In this document: in pieces, positions 51,990-64,000 of the stretch | Layout: every line of letters starts with the position of its first letter | Numbering within the stretch: position 1 is the stretch's first letter | DNA from: Owenia fusiformis | Taxonomy: Eukaryota | Length of the DNA stretch: 64,000 bases | Reading direction: 5' to 3' | NCBI GenBank assembly: GCA_903813345.2 | Contig: CAIIXF020000001.1 | Location: 40,672,001 to 40,736,000 of the forward strand | Notes under the pieces: model-generated | The model's database searches: none | Told to the model about the DNA's origin: nothing | What the model saw: only the letters and a program-made list of their open reading frames with translations | Position numbers and translations under genes: made by a program

Positions 51990-52759
51990 CACTGGTCAGT
52001 ATCAAGGTAATGGCTGTAACCTTCACATCTAAGATGGCGGACAGTTAATGCCCAATTTTGACATTTTTAGTTTTCACCGAATTAAACTACTTTATTGTTG
52101 AATGTTGATGTTATGCTTTGATATTTGAACCAAATTTAAGGCTTATATGAAAAAGTCTAGTCTCGGTTTGGAGAATGACGTTTGAATATCCATAATTTAA
52201 TTTTGGTGATATATTTATATTTTTCATAAAAATTATTAGTGCAGTACACTGATGAACGTCTTTCTCCAATTCGAGACTTGTGTTTTATTGAATCGGCCTA
52301 CTGCAAATTATGACTGATTTGGACAATTTTGATATTTTCACATCTTATGAAATTAGTAGCCCAGGAGAAGGTTCTCCAAACCGAGACTTTGTTCAAATAT
52401 TGTCTGTGGGCTCTACAGTTCAACAATATCTTCCTCCACTAACTGGAAATGTTTAACATGGTAACGGTTGTGTTAGTTTTCAATACATGGTAACTGGACA
52501 TCTAAGCTCTCCATTATAAACTCTCATAACATTACCCCATCACCACATCACTGCCTACGCATGGTATATGAAAAAATGATCATACTCCAGAGCTTCGATG
52601 TCATATACACCTGATATAGTTCAGATATCAAAGCAGTACGTCAACTATAATAAAGTAGTTTAATTCGACAAAAACTAAAAATCTCGAAATCGACACTTAC
52701 CGTCTGCCATCTTCGATGCGAAGGTTACGGCTGTAACCTTGGCTTGATACTGACCAGTG
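51990..52759. mobile_element. CACTG-terminated DNA element (CMC/EnSpm-like) with ~110-bp imperfect TIRs and a nested insert
   Basis: TIRs CACTGGTCAGTATCAAG / CTTGATACTGACCAGTG. It interrupts a HINE-type 3' hairpin (GCTACT | TCCATGGAGTTAC). Interior ~52150-52390 matches the 63492 family. No clean TSD. Confidence 0.7.
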
Positions 52760-53722
52760 TCCATGGAGTTACTGATTTGTTATGAAAATTGCAAGATAGA
52801 ACTAATAATTACTTCCAAGTCGCCAATCGAAGATGACTTTCTTGTGAGTATTCTTGAGAAGTATCTTGAGCCTCGCTATATAATTCTGTTTTTAAGTTAA
52901 AAGTTGATCTTCTACCCTCATTATTCCAATGAAACATATCTACCATTGTTAATGAATAATTATCGGCCAAAAGAGAAAGTTATTCATTAACAAAAATGAG
53001 TTTGCGAAACTACCAATCACTTAGTGGATGACACTAATATACTATGTAAAATGGCCTTCTGACCTTAAAGCTTTATTTCTGACATCAATTAATGCCATTT
53101 CAACATCAATTTCCACTTTAGTTATTCATAATTCTGTACATTAGTTGCTAGTTTTGCATCAAATAGGTTCTTAGGGGTCAGTTAGAGGATGGATGATTGC
53201 TGTTATAGCTTTGATTACTCGTTGTTACTATACAATCCTTTTTCTGATCCCAAATGATGGAAAGACTTGATTTCTCTAATGATATCCAGTATTGTCTTAT
53301 CACATAAAGGGGTTCCCTTTAATGTCCATGCCATTAATGTATCCCATTTTGTATTGTATTGTTAATGTATGTTTGCCTTTGTTACTTCTTTTTTGTAACC
53401 CCTGGGGCTTGAATTATTTCACAAATGGTAGAAGCCTTATAAATTATCCATATGTTTTTCATTCTGTTGTTATTTTTTATATTGAGCAGGGTTTCTATCT
53501 GTTATAGTTTATATTGAAATGTCAGTAGCTGTCCATTTGTTTCTTCATTATGGCTTTAACATTTTCTGGCCTTTACTTTTGGCATTGTATTCAGATGATA
53601 TATGTTTGTTTTGTTTGTTCTTTTTGGATTAAGATTCTTCTCTTAAAGAGGCACTGTCTTTTGACAAGAAAAATCAGAGTATTTCTGGTATCTGATAGTT
53701 TTACATTGGGATGTGCAAAGTC

Positions 53723-53918
53723 GGGATCACCCCATTTGTCCGAATCCCAATGGACCAAATCTCATTGGTCCAAATCTCAATAGTTTGAATCCCATTGGTC
53801 TGAATCCCGATCGTCAGAATCCCAGTCATCTGAATCCCAATTGTCCGAATCCTATTCATCTAAATCCCAATGGTCGATTGGAATTTGGACCATTGGGATT
53901 CGGATCCATGGTGTGTCC
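53723..53918. mobile_element. MITE-like element with nine 15-bp subterminal repeats
   Basis: CCGAATCCCAATGGT-like unit x9 (53740-53874), with inverted copies GGACCATTGGGATTCGGA at the right end. Confidence 0.75.
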
Positions 53919-54329
53919 TCTACATTTATCCAATGATCAACTGTCGGGTTCCAACTCAATGTCTACAGTCTTAATTTTTAATTGCACTGCAAAATTTGAT
54001 TGTTCTGCAAACATATATTGAGCCTTCATTTAGATATGGATTATATAGAATCAAATAGCTCTTGATTAACAAGGTAAGTATAGTATATTTTAGGGGAAAG
54101 TGAATCTAACACATGAATGTATTGTAATGAATTCAGTATGAATGAAATGTCCCTTGGTGTTCTGGTCCTGGATTGTGATATTGGTTCTCGATTGAAGGGG
54201 GAGGGCGATGTTAAACATTGTTTCCTTTCACGTTAGATCATGGTTTTCATATATATAGGGTCTATATATGGTTCCCCCTTTACCCTTTCTTGATAGTTCA
54301 TAAATTGATTTGTTTTGTATTTTGTTTAC

Positions 54330-54629
54330 CAGCAAGGTGAGCAATACCTCTTGGGTATATTCCATATATATATGATTGTAATTAACACACGCAATCATGG
54401 AAGGCAGACCAAGGCAAACCTCCTTGGGGTTCCCTGTGTTCTTTTATGTGCACTCAAACATAGTCATACAAGTCCACAACACGGCCTACTTACGAGTTGT
54501 GGACCACTCAGAACACCCTGAAGAACTTAACGCAAACGAGCAAATTAAGTATTGCCTTCACCGGGGATCGAATCCGGGACCTATTACGTAAGAGGTACAT
54601 GCGCTACCGCTGGACTATACGAGTAGACT
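54330..54629 (-). mobile_element. tRNA-derived SINE
   Basis: Minus-strand head with A box TAGTCCAGCGGT (54617-54606) and B box GGATTCGATCC (54575-54565), followed by a non-tRNA body including GTGCACATAAAAGAAC. The 3' end is approximate. Confidence 0.7.
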
Positions 54630-56139
54630 GTCTAATCTGAAAGTCTAATGGTACTCCCAATCTGTCCATTAATGGCACCCTCTGCATCAGCCACAGTAAC
54701 CTGATCCAACATTTTGGTTTTTTGGTGTGTCTCATAACATGTTATGCCAATTGTTCCTTTTGTCAAGAGGGGGGAAAACCCCAAGGTTCAGAGATGACAT
54801 ATATCTATAATGTAAATGTGTATTGAGGTGACATTGAAAGGTCAGGTTACAGACTATTATTTGACTTATAAGGTTGTATATTCAGCTTCAAACACACCTT
54901 GAAATCTATATTTTTCAAAAAGGAGGGCCAAGGGTGCATCTTTGGCGCAATGTGGTGGTAGTCTCAGAATCTGGTTTTGTAGCTTAGAATCATATCTATT
55001 AATCATTTAGTTGCAGTTCCCCAGTTTGATAATTCAAGTGACTATATAATTATGAGCAAACTAGAAAAACAGCAACAGGAAAAACTTCGGAAAGGAAGAT
55101 GTGGGCAAGCATCATTCCTTATATGCCAACCTATTTTTGACTTAAAGAAGATGTAGTCATTTACCTGTAACATTTGACTTTGCTGTTGACTCAATGTCAG
55201 ATGGCTGTTGTCACGCAAGAATACATATAAAGCAAATGGTGCTTATTGTGCCTATGAAATGAAGAGAGTCTAAGCAATATCAAGGTAGCTCACCGCTCAC
55301 ATATTGTGTTTGGTGATAATTACCTTTCATTCACTCTTAAAGTGACCTTGATGGGGTAATATCCCACTAGCAAGCAATATAAACTAGTAATCAGATCTAT
55401 CAAGTAATCTGAGTTTTATGAGGTTATACGCAATGTAAAACATAGCTATATTGCTAAAGCTTAAAAGCCAAGATTTGACAAGTGTTCATCTTTAGACCAT
55501 ATCCATTACTAGATGTGACACTTTAAATTGTGAAACAGTAACTGTTAATTTATGATATGGCAGTCTTAAAAATTGGAAATAAAGGAATGATTTACCCAAT
55601 TATTTTTCAGTTCATTTCCTTGATCAAGAGAAATAGCAATCCTAGGATTTGTTTGTTTTGCTATTGGATCTTCCCACCAAGGTTGATTATACAGAAGTTG
55701 GTTTATTTGTTGATTAAATAGTGTTAGTTGATATAGAGGTGGCATTTTACATTGAATATTCATATATCATGTGCGAAAATGCATCACTAAGTGTGCCATG
55801 AGGGAATAAAGGACCAGGTATCATTCAGAGAATAATTGTACACAATCTTGTCCTATCTGTCTGCAAACAGCTTCATAGTTACTTTTAAAACTTAAATATC
55901 TTCTTCAACTCACTTCATTCTGCGTCTGATTAGGTTTTGGACATGTTGTCTCATTCATGGCAGCCATTTCAAATGTTTTAAGTCAGCAAGCGATAATACT
56001 TTGTATCATATTAATATGGTGATTTTGAGTTTTCATAATTAAACTTTTGAGTAGCTTCATAAATAATACCAGGTATTCTGTATTGTTTATAATTGTATAA
56101 TATCTGCTTTTTTATTGTTGGCCATTTTTTTGTACTTTC

Positions 56140-56720
56140 CGTCGTAAAATCTTTTCTTTAACGTCTTGTCTACACTTTCAAGAAAAACAGATTGATGAAT
56201 CGATTTTCACAGATGATTCTTTGTATGCTTATCTGGAAGTGATTAGTTTTTGGGCATTCTGGGTAAATGTTAAGGCAGCCATTTTGGATTTGCCATCCTA
56301 AAATCATTTCTGTAGTCTTGTCTACTTGTTTTCAGGTGAACCATTTGATGGATCGATTTTCAAATTTTCAGTTATGATTCTTTGTATGAAAATCTTGAAC
56401 TGAGTGGGTTTTAGGAGTTCTGGGTAAATGTGCCAGTTTGGATTTTCTGTCGGAAGATCTTTTCTGTAAAGTCTTATCTAGGTCTTTTCAGGCGATCATT
56501 TTGAAGGATCCATTTTATATTTTCAGGGATGGTTCGTTGTATGAAAATCTCAAACTGATTAGTTTTTGGGCATTCTTGGTAAATGTTGAGGTGGCCATAT
56601 TGGTTTTTGGTCCTAAAATCTTGTGCCTTCAACTGATTAGTACAGTGGACACTGAGGATGAAAAATCTCCAGTATACAGGATCGCCATGGGGACATGTTG
56701 TACATGTTTGTGTCCTTTTT
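56140..56720 (+). repeat. Second HINE-like family: ~180-bp tandem units and 3' hairpin; related copy at ~57830-58120
   Basis: GATTAGTTTTTGGGCATTCTGGGTAAATGTT-like units recur. Both copies end GGGGACA...TGTGTCCTT. Confidence 0.65.
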
Positions 56721-56886
56721 GAATTGTAGAAAGATAAGGTTAATTGGTTGAATCGTGAAAGTCTAATATGGAGTGTCTTTAATCATTTGCCATATCATTA
56801 ATCAATTATTGTTTCACTATTACGTGTTATTATGTTTACTTAAAAATTGATAAACATTGATCATTATGTTGAAACTGTTGTATAAT

Positions 56887-57306
56887 CACGCCCGGTGATC
56901 GTACAAAATGGATGGAGGGGGAGTAGGCGATTTCTACAAGAAAACTCTTGTTAATTTATTTAGATTATTTTTTGTTTAACGCATGGAAACTAACTTTAAA
57001 AGGTGAGCAATGTCATTAGTGTTGTGAAAATAACGTCCCTTATACCTATTTATAACAGGTCGTGTAGACCATTGTTGTCTGATTTATAGCAAAAACATTG
57101 ACTTTTGCACGTTGGTGATGATGTGCCTTTTTTAATAGATCTCATATCTTAAAAGCATATCAGTTCAAAAAAAGAAGGCCTAACATATTTTGCCATGCAC
57201 TGTGCCTATTCATTTGGCAATTCAGTCAATCTTCCAAATTTGTTGAGTTTTCTTGCAGAAATCGCCTTCTCACCCCTCCATCCATTTTGTATGATCACTG
57301 GGCGTG
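56887..57306. mobile_element. Internally deleted copy of the foldback family, CAC...GTG termini, TSD ATAAT
   Basis: Termini CACGCCCGGTGATCGTACAAAATGGATGGAGGGG / CCCCTCCATCCATTTTGTATGATCACTGGGCGTG, with ATAAT at 56882-56886 and 57307-57311. The body matches 41408-41762. Confidence 0.88.
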
Positions 57307-59444
57307 ATAATAATGTTGTAATAATAGACCCGTGCTCTCAATGATATTGATTTTCATCAATATCATTCTTTATTTATACTGTGTACAGACATCTATGATT
57401 TAATAATTTAATATAAGTAGGTTCCCATTTTGATGAACATGTATCTTTCATTGAAGGTAGAAAATAACCCCAATAGTCATGCATAATTATAAAAGAATAA
57501 TAGGAAGTAAATGATTTGATTTATGTGTATGTTGATTTTTACTATCATCAAATATATTCCACTGTACAGTGAATCAATACATATCTTTTTAACACCATTG
57601 CAAAGATTGAACAAGGACACACTTTGTCATACCTAATATGCTACTTCCGTGTTTTAGCATTTGGAAAAATTTGCAACCTAAGTGACATCATGTGGTCCCA
57701 TCCTTTTGATGTCACTCAGGTGGCAAAAATGTTTCTTTGTTAATTGTTTCTAAATAAGCTTAACTTTCAAAATAAACCAATGTTTATTTTTTAACTAATT
57801 TGAAAAAGAATATGTTTGATTATTGAACCACTTGACAGATTGATTTCAAACTTTCAGGGATGTTTCTTTGTATGAAAATCTCAATCTGATTAGTTTTTGG
57901 GTAATCTGGGTGAATGTTAATGTGGCAATTTTCAATTTTCAGTCATTAAATCTTGAACCGATTAATTTTTGGGTATTCTGGGTAAATGTTAAGGTGGCCT
58001 GATTTTGGATTCTTTGTCCTAAGATCTTGCCTCTTCAACTGATTAGATTTGACCATTCAGGATGGTAAATCTATTAGGATCACCCTTGGTGGGGACACAT
58101 TGTACACCTTTGTGTCCTTGTTATACTCTTATAGCCAAAGATGTTTTTAGGAGATTGCAAATATTGGTTCCTCGTACTAATTTCTCGTTTAGAAAATCTG
58201 AATTGCAACCTATATACAGGAATTGGCATAAGATATCAGGAAATCTGAAGGGGTAAATGCAAATAAGTATGAGAAATATATAGTCTGTTACCAGTATAAC
58301 ATGTTTCACTTCCTAATGAGACAAGAGAATGCAAAGAACATATTTTAATAAGCTAGAATTGATGCTAGCAAGCTTCAGCCTTGATAATTATAGTGATTTG
58401 GTGAGCAATGAGCAGTAGGATGGCTGATAAATTCTCTACATAACTGTCTTCCCTGCTATGGTGAAATCTGAACCAATGGATGTCTTTCAAATCAATGTAT
58501 GGAATAATCTATGTTTCGTTTGATTCTTGTTTGAGTACATTTTACGTGATTTAAGGCATACATTTCAGATCGTGCTCATTTCAAATATCCCTAACCTCTT
58601 TATAAAACATCCATATTATTTTAAGTATAAAATAACAAAAGAGAGTTAGTGCTTAAGAGTAATGTATTGATCTCACAATTTGTGGTCTGTATATCATAGT
58701 CAAGGTCTTCATATTATAAAATACATTCTCCTAAAATATGATTATAAGCAAATGACCGTATTGAGGTTGTCATTAATCTTGATAAATACTATGCACTGTC
58801 GAGGCGAACATATGAATGCAGATTTTATCCTCTCAGTTTTATTATCTTTATTGATAGGTATCTTTGAACTTCTAGCAAGCATATTGAATTCATAACTACA
58901 TAAATGCATTAGTGAAAGAGATTATCGCTGACATAATGTTTTAATTCCTCATATTAATAATTCCAGTTAAAATGTGTTATTTAACTCATTCAATACTGGG
59001 GCAAAAAGCACTATAATACTGACGATATTTTGAAAATTGCCATATATGGTATCTCTGAAATAATATATATTGTATATACATGGGCATACATATATAGTGT
59101 TATATATCATTTTAAAGCATATGACATACTCGTTCAGAATGAATAGTTTTTTAAGTCCCATTTTATAAGTTGTCATGGTTACAAGCTTCCCCCCAAAAAT
59201 ACATTGGGTTTGTGCTTGGACTTGATATCACGTCCTTAGTAGTCAACGTATGTGCTTTATGACGTCATATCACGTCCTTAGTAGCGAATGAGTTAAACTG
59301 GAAAACAGCAACAATCTGGAGTAGCAAACACCACCAAAGAAAACTTATTTTATCAAAGCACTCATTATGATAGATATAATGACCAGACATGAGTACTATC
59401 TTATTTTGGCAAAATCTACCCTTATGCCGTGATATTATTCTAAT

Positions 59445-60250
59445 TCTCCCATCAAACAAAGTTCGGAGCGATATAGAGAATGCCTCCATCTATCCGTGTG
59501 TCTGACTGGGCGATAACTCAAATACCGCTGGCCTGATTTTGTTCATATTTGATACCCATGTGCCCTATGTCAGTCGAAGTTCTGCTCGGAAGTCAATTTT
59601 CAAAATGGCCGCTATTTTGGTGCCAATTTTACAGTTATTTAGATACAAATGTAAAACTGTAATATTTATATATGTTTTCAAGGTCAAAAAGTTTGATAAA
59701 ACATTAATAAAGGTAAAAAAGTAGATATTTTGGAAACACATGGCAGCCATCTTGGAAAATGGCTGCCGTTATTTTATGATTTTTGTTATAAAAAAGTAGT
59801 TGAGGAATTTTGTTCTTTTATTTGATATGTGATGACTTATAACCATGGCACATCATCTTTTGACACTCTGGCTTTTAGGCGGCCATTTTGAAAATGACCG
59901 GCATTGTACCTGTGTCATTTATGTAATATAACTGTAATATTTTCAAGTTTTCAAGGTAAAAAAGTTTGATAAGACATTAAATAATGTCAAAATGTAGATA
60001 TTTAAGAAACACATGGCAGCCATCTCGGGCGTTACAAGATATTTTATGATTTTTGCTATAACTTATTGTAGTAGTTGAGTGATTTTGTTTATATTTTATA
60101 TGTGATGACTTAAAAACAGGACACACTGTCTTTTCACACTTTGGCTTCAAGATGGCCATTTTGAAAATGGCTGACATTTATGTTTTTTACTATAACACAA
60201 AATGACATAGAGCGATTTTGTTCATATATGATGACTTATAAGCATGTCAC
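59445..60250 (+). mobile_element. HINE-like element (same head as 2200) with ~277-bp internal duplication
   Basis: Head CCCATCAAACAAAGTTCGG...GATATAG, microsatellite remnant and GGGCGATAACTCAAATACC. Further heads of this family lie at ~20605, 45292 and 50925. Confidence 0.7.
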
Positions 60251-62366
60251 ACTGTTTTAGGACACAAAATGTCTTACTCGCACATATACCTTCCCATATA
60301 AATACAGCATGGCCACCCAGGATGAATCTACTGGATCAGTCTATTTTTAAAATGGTATATTCAGCTTATTCAAATTGTCTTCCAAAAGATAGAACAATCT
60401 GTAGAAAAGTTCACAGTCTGTCAATGTTGAGGTTGACGTTGGAAGGGTGAATTATCCAAAAATGCATGAACGAATATAAATCCTGGTAGAACTTTATTTT
60501 CATTTCTAGATACATAAGACCATACTTTGTACTTATACTTTATTGGTAAATCAATATATCATTTGTTCTTATTAAAGGCGAACAGAATTTTGCAAGGGAT
60601 CAAATTTACTTATTATTTGACCTGCATGCTTGTTTTTCCCTACAATACTATTTTTAGTAAACTATGAAAATTGATCAGCTTCTTCGTTTCATTATTAGAA
60701 TTTAAAAGTGACCTTGGGTGGGTTGTTGGTATATAATGCAATGCAGTTGTATGAACAAATAACCTGTTCTGATTTACTGGAATTAGACACACCTTGCCTA
60801 GCTATGTGTGAATAATGCATTAACATACTTCATATTACTTACTTTATAATTCTTACTATATTTGAGTCATTTTAAAATACAACACAACATGAAATATTCT
60901 TCTTTTGGGTCTATGTTGCCCCCAATGTATTTAAACAATTTAAGTAAAGAACTACTTTAAGGAAAAGAGAAGTAAAGGTGATGATTGATTTTACACAGGG
61001 GGAACACAAAAACTGAAAACTGCTTGCGATACAAGGCATAAGCTCCAGTAAATGAAAACACAAACACTGAACAAGATTCCAATTAACTCAATTTCCAGTT
61101 ACAAAAAAAACATGATCAAAATGGTCCTTCAAGGCTTTTTCATTTTTCTTTATTTTTTATTTATCTATTGGGGACCCTCTATTGGCTGATTTTTTATGTG
61201 CAGACTGGTGAATTATCGTTCTGACTTTTTCTCATTTAACTCAGCCAGTATCAAGTGAACCCTGCATCAGATTCATTACTACATAGTATTTTCAGGAAAT
61301 TAACGTTTTAAGAGATTGATTAAATTGTCTAAAGCTAGTTTGAGGGATTTATCTACCATTTGTTTGTCATCTTTCTGATGTAATTGCCTGGTCTGATAAT
61401 GTGGTCGAAAAATTAACTCTGTTTATCTTGGACAGCCATTTGTGTTTGACCAATGTGTTCTCCAATGAAGTGTTTAATTATAGAACTCTGAGCTTCATCA
61501 ATCACTAGCCCTTTACACAATTTATCCCTTTATTGTCTTCTCAATGTTTTGTGTTCCTTTGGAAAACCACAAATTAAAGATAACTTACAATAATTACATT
61601 ATATGTTGTTACTGTAGTTTGGTAATTATATACAGGTTATATTGCATTCATTTTAATCACTTAATGTCAGCTAAGATATTGGGAATAGTTCAAGAAAAAA
61701 GTAATTAGTTTGTTTTAATGGTCTACTGAAAGATTTTCAGTAGTTAGCTGATAGTAAAATGTTTCCATAGGTTAAAGTTCTATGTATAGGTTGTCTCGAC
61801 AGATAGCGTATAAAGTACCAGAGTTGTGATGATGTTGTGTAGACTCTTATAGTCAGAGCATTCCAATAAAACCAATAGGCTTTCAGTGGAAAGCATCAGT
61901 CCAGTAGAGGCAGCAGCACAGTGCACATTAGATCTGATCCAATACAGTTGATCAACACTACAGGTATCATTCCCAAAGGTGGGCTATCATCATTGCTAAC
62001 TTTTACAAATAACAAGGATTATAACCAGATGTTTAGATCTGCACACATATCATCTTCATTTTCGAAACATTAGCAGTTAGGTCAATTCGTCAGTGGCTAC
62101 TTTCTGCTGGTGGGATAATATTCTGCTCAATAGAGTCTGTATTAACAGATGGAAAGAACTAACTGAAAATCAAACCAAAATTGTGAAACAAGATTCTAAG
62201 AGATTTATAGGATTTTGATGTTGAACTTACAGATATGATCAACACCAGGACCTCACATTTTGATTGAAGTGAATCAAGTTTTTAAAAGTAGGGCTTGTAA
62301 GAATAATTTGAAGGTTACAAAAAATTGATTTAATAGCCTGATACCAATACTAGAATATCATCCATC

Positions 62367-62496
62367 ATGGCTATTGCTATAATGGGAGGAAGGGGCAACT
62401 TTGCATCTCATGGGTCACTGCTTAAGAAGGATAAGGAAGATGCAGTACCATATTGGAGAGCTGAGGAGAGGTCTAGGGCATACTATATGACTGAAG
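62367..62496 (+). CDS. Candidate first coding exon of an unidentified gene continuing beyond this exon
   Basis: Good Kozak context ATCATGG, then an open frame MAIAIMGGRGNFASHGSLLKKDKEDAVPYWRAEERSRAYYMTE (43 codons + 1 nt) of coding-like composition, ending exactly at donor GAAG|GTAAGA (62497). Confidence 0.45.
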
Positions 62497-62667
62497 GTAA
62501 GATATTTTATTTTCTATAGGTACCCTAAGTGCATATCATTCGTACTGGTACAAAGAAGTAAACATGAGCAGGTCCAAATTTTTGAGGTATGGTACCCAGC
62601 AACAGGAGGCTGAAGGCTATTTGAATATACGGTCTTGTCTTCTTTGAAATACCTGTTTATGCTTAGT

Positions 62668-62896
62668 CACTGGTGGATCTCGGTGGGGGGGGAGGGCTAG
62701 GGGCCTTTTGAGCAAAACTGGGCCTTTTAAGGCCTTATTTTTAATTTTAGGCCAAATTATCATGAAAATTGGCCTTACATTTTCAAAATTTGGGGTTTAA
62801 GGGGCCCAAAAATTCTTTATGCACCAGCGTGGAATTTTTTTTCAGATTTCAAGTAATGCCCCCCCCCCCCTTGATGGTACCCTTGGTCAGCCCCGG
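62668..62896. mobile_element. Degenerate MITE, 5-bp TSD TTAGT
   Basis: Termini CACTGGTGGATCT...poly-G and poly-C...GGTCAGCCCCGG, with TTAGT at 62663-62667 and 62897-62901. Confidence 0.6.
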
Positions 62897-63491
62897 TTAG
62901 TTGTGCATTTTCCTTATTTGTTCTCTATTTCTCATGTCAAGGCATTATATTTGACCCTTAATTATCCCATAGATCAAAGTTTGCTTAGGCGTTGTTGTTG
63001 TCTAGTTGTGATAGAGGTATACTTATATACATGTTTTCTCTAGTTGTTTCCCTTCAGACAAGTAAGTGTTTACTTTTCTAACTGACATATTAAGTGCATC
63101 TGTGGTATACCTGACCACCATGACCTTAAAAGACCAATAACATGACAGACATAATATACATCATCCCAATTACCTGTTCAACCATTCAATTTAATTAGTT
63201 TCTTATCATAAAGATGGAAGGGGGATATATTTTAAGTTTGGTCTATCTTTCATACATTAGTTCAGTTTGGATTCCTGTGTAGTTTTTATTTGGTGTAGAT
63301 CTATGATCGACTTATTTAAACCTCATTTTTGAGTTTTCGTAGGACACTGTTACACATTATTATACCTTACAAACATATGAGTCATAGGCCATTCAGGTCT
63401 TATGTTTTAGCAGGCCTCTCATATTGTTGGTTGGGAGGTGTTATACCTCATACCTACAACAATATATCACATACTTCATAATATTTCTCAA

Positions 63492-63883
63492 AGGACGATT
63501 CTCGGTTTGGAGAACAGTCTCCTGGGCTAATAATTTTTTTCATGAAAAATATAGAAATATTACCCAAATTAAACTATGAATATTTAAAAGAGAACATTTA
63601 AATCTACAAGATGTAAAGATAACAAATTGGTCTGAAGCAGGGATATTGCTCAAATAGACCGATTCAATATAAATACAAGTCTCGATTTGGGGAAAGAAGT
63701 TCATCAGTGTACTACGCTAATATTTTTTTGCGAAAAATCTAGAAATATTACCCAAATTAAATTATGACTATTAAAAAGAAGACATTCAAATCTTTATTAT
63801 GTAAAAAAAATCAAATTTGTCCGAAGCAGGGATAATGCTCATTTAGATTGATGAACTTCGTTCTCCAAACCGAGAATCGTCCT
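63492..63883. mobile_element. MITE with 24-bp perfect TIRs and internal duplication
   Basis: TIRs AGGACGATTCTCGGTTTGGAGAAC / GTTCTCCAAACCGAGAATCGTCCT. The flanks TCAA/TTAC resemble a decayed TTAA. Confidence 0.8.
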
Positions 63884-64000
63884 TTACATGAAGCTGATTT
63901 TTTGTACAAGTACAATGGACAGTATGTGTAGTAGTAGATAATGTTGTAGGAATAGCCCTTTGATCTGCAGCACCTGATAACCTAATGCCATTCACATCTG

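Noticed and set aside
53713..54021. ORF with PNPNG/LNP pentapeptide repeats
   Set aside because: It is a translation of the 15-bp subterminal repeats of a MITE and has no true ATG start.
54555..54629. Possible tRNA gene on minus strand
   Set aside because: A and B boxes are present but I could not form a convincing acceptor/anticodon stem, and the sequence continues into a SINE-like body. A similar decayed head lies at ~42985-43045.
56887..56911. RSS-like arrangement (CAC... then ACAAAA) in the TIR
   Set aside because: The heptamer matches only at CAC and the spacer is 9 bp rather than 12 or 23, which is insufficient to claim a RAG-type signal.

Overview
AT-rich (roughly one-third GC by eye) animal genomic DNA, probably from an invertebrate, with GT-AG intron signals and dense non-autonomous transposons. 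It is not prokaryotic, so most short ORFs in the track are spurious. Three genes are recognisable, all in 25.5-40.5 kb. Two are tandem + strand heterotrimeric G-protein gamma subunit ORFs: 29264-29464 is canonical and ends in CAIL, and 36533-36739 is divergent and ends in CAVL. Each sits in a single exon directly behind its own splice acceptor. A motif-rich promoter lies upstream at ~25.6-25.75 kb, followed by an ATG-free 5'UTR exon at 28401-28454. The third gene is an intronless single-cysteine-cluster Toll-like receptor on the - strand (40489-38005), tail-to-tail with the second G-gamma. One frameshift at ~40095, on a 5-bp tandem duplication, splits it. The rest is Helentron/HINE-type elements with internal satellite arrays, many MITEs (at least eight with exact 5-bp target-site duplications), long foldback elements, a nested transposon cluster at 46.5-52.8 kb with a decayed intron-containing ORF, a tRNA-derived SINE and faint LINE endonuclease remnants. 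A candidate first coding exon of another gene lies at 62367-62496. The best leads are: (1) the two G-gamma ORFs may be alternative terminal exons of one transcription unit; (2) the TLR lesion looks like a recent net +4 nt mutation, possibly a transposon footprint, leaving a secreted LRR fragment; (3) a possible + strand spliced transcript spans the TLR antisense.
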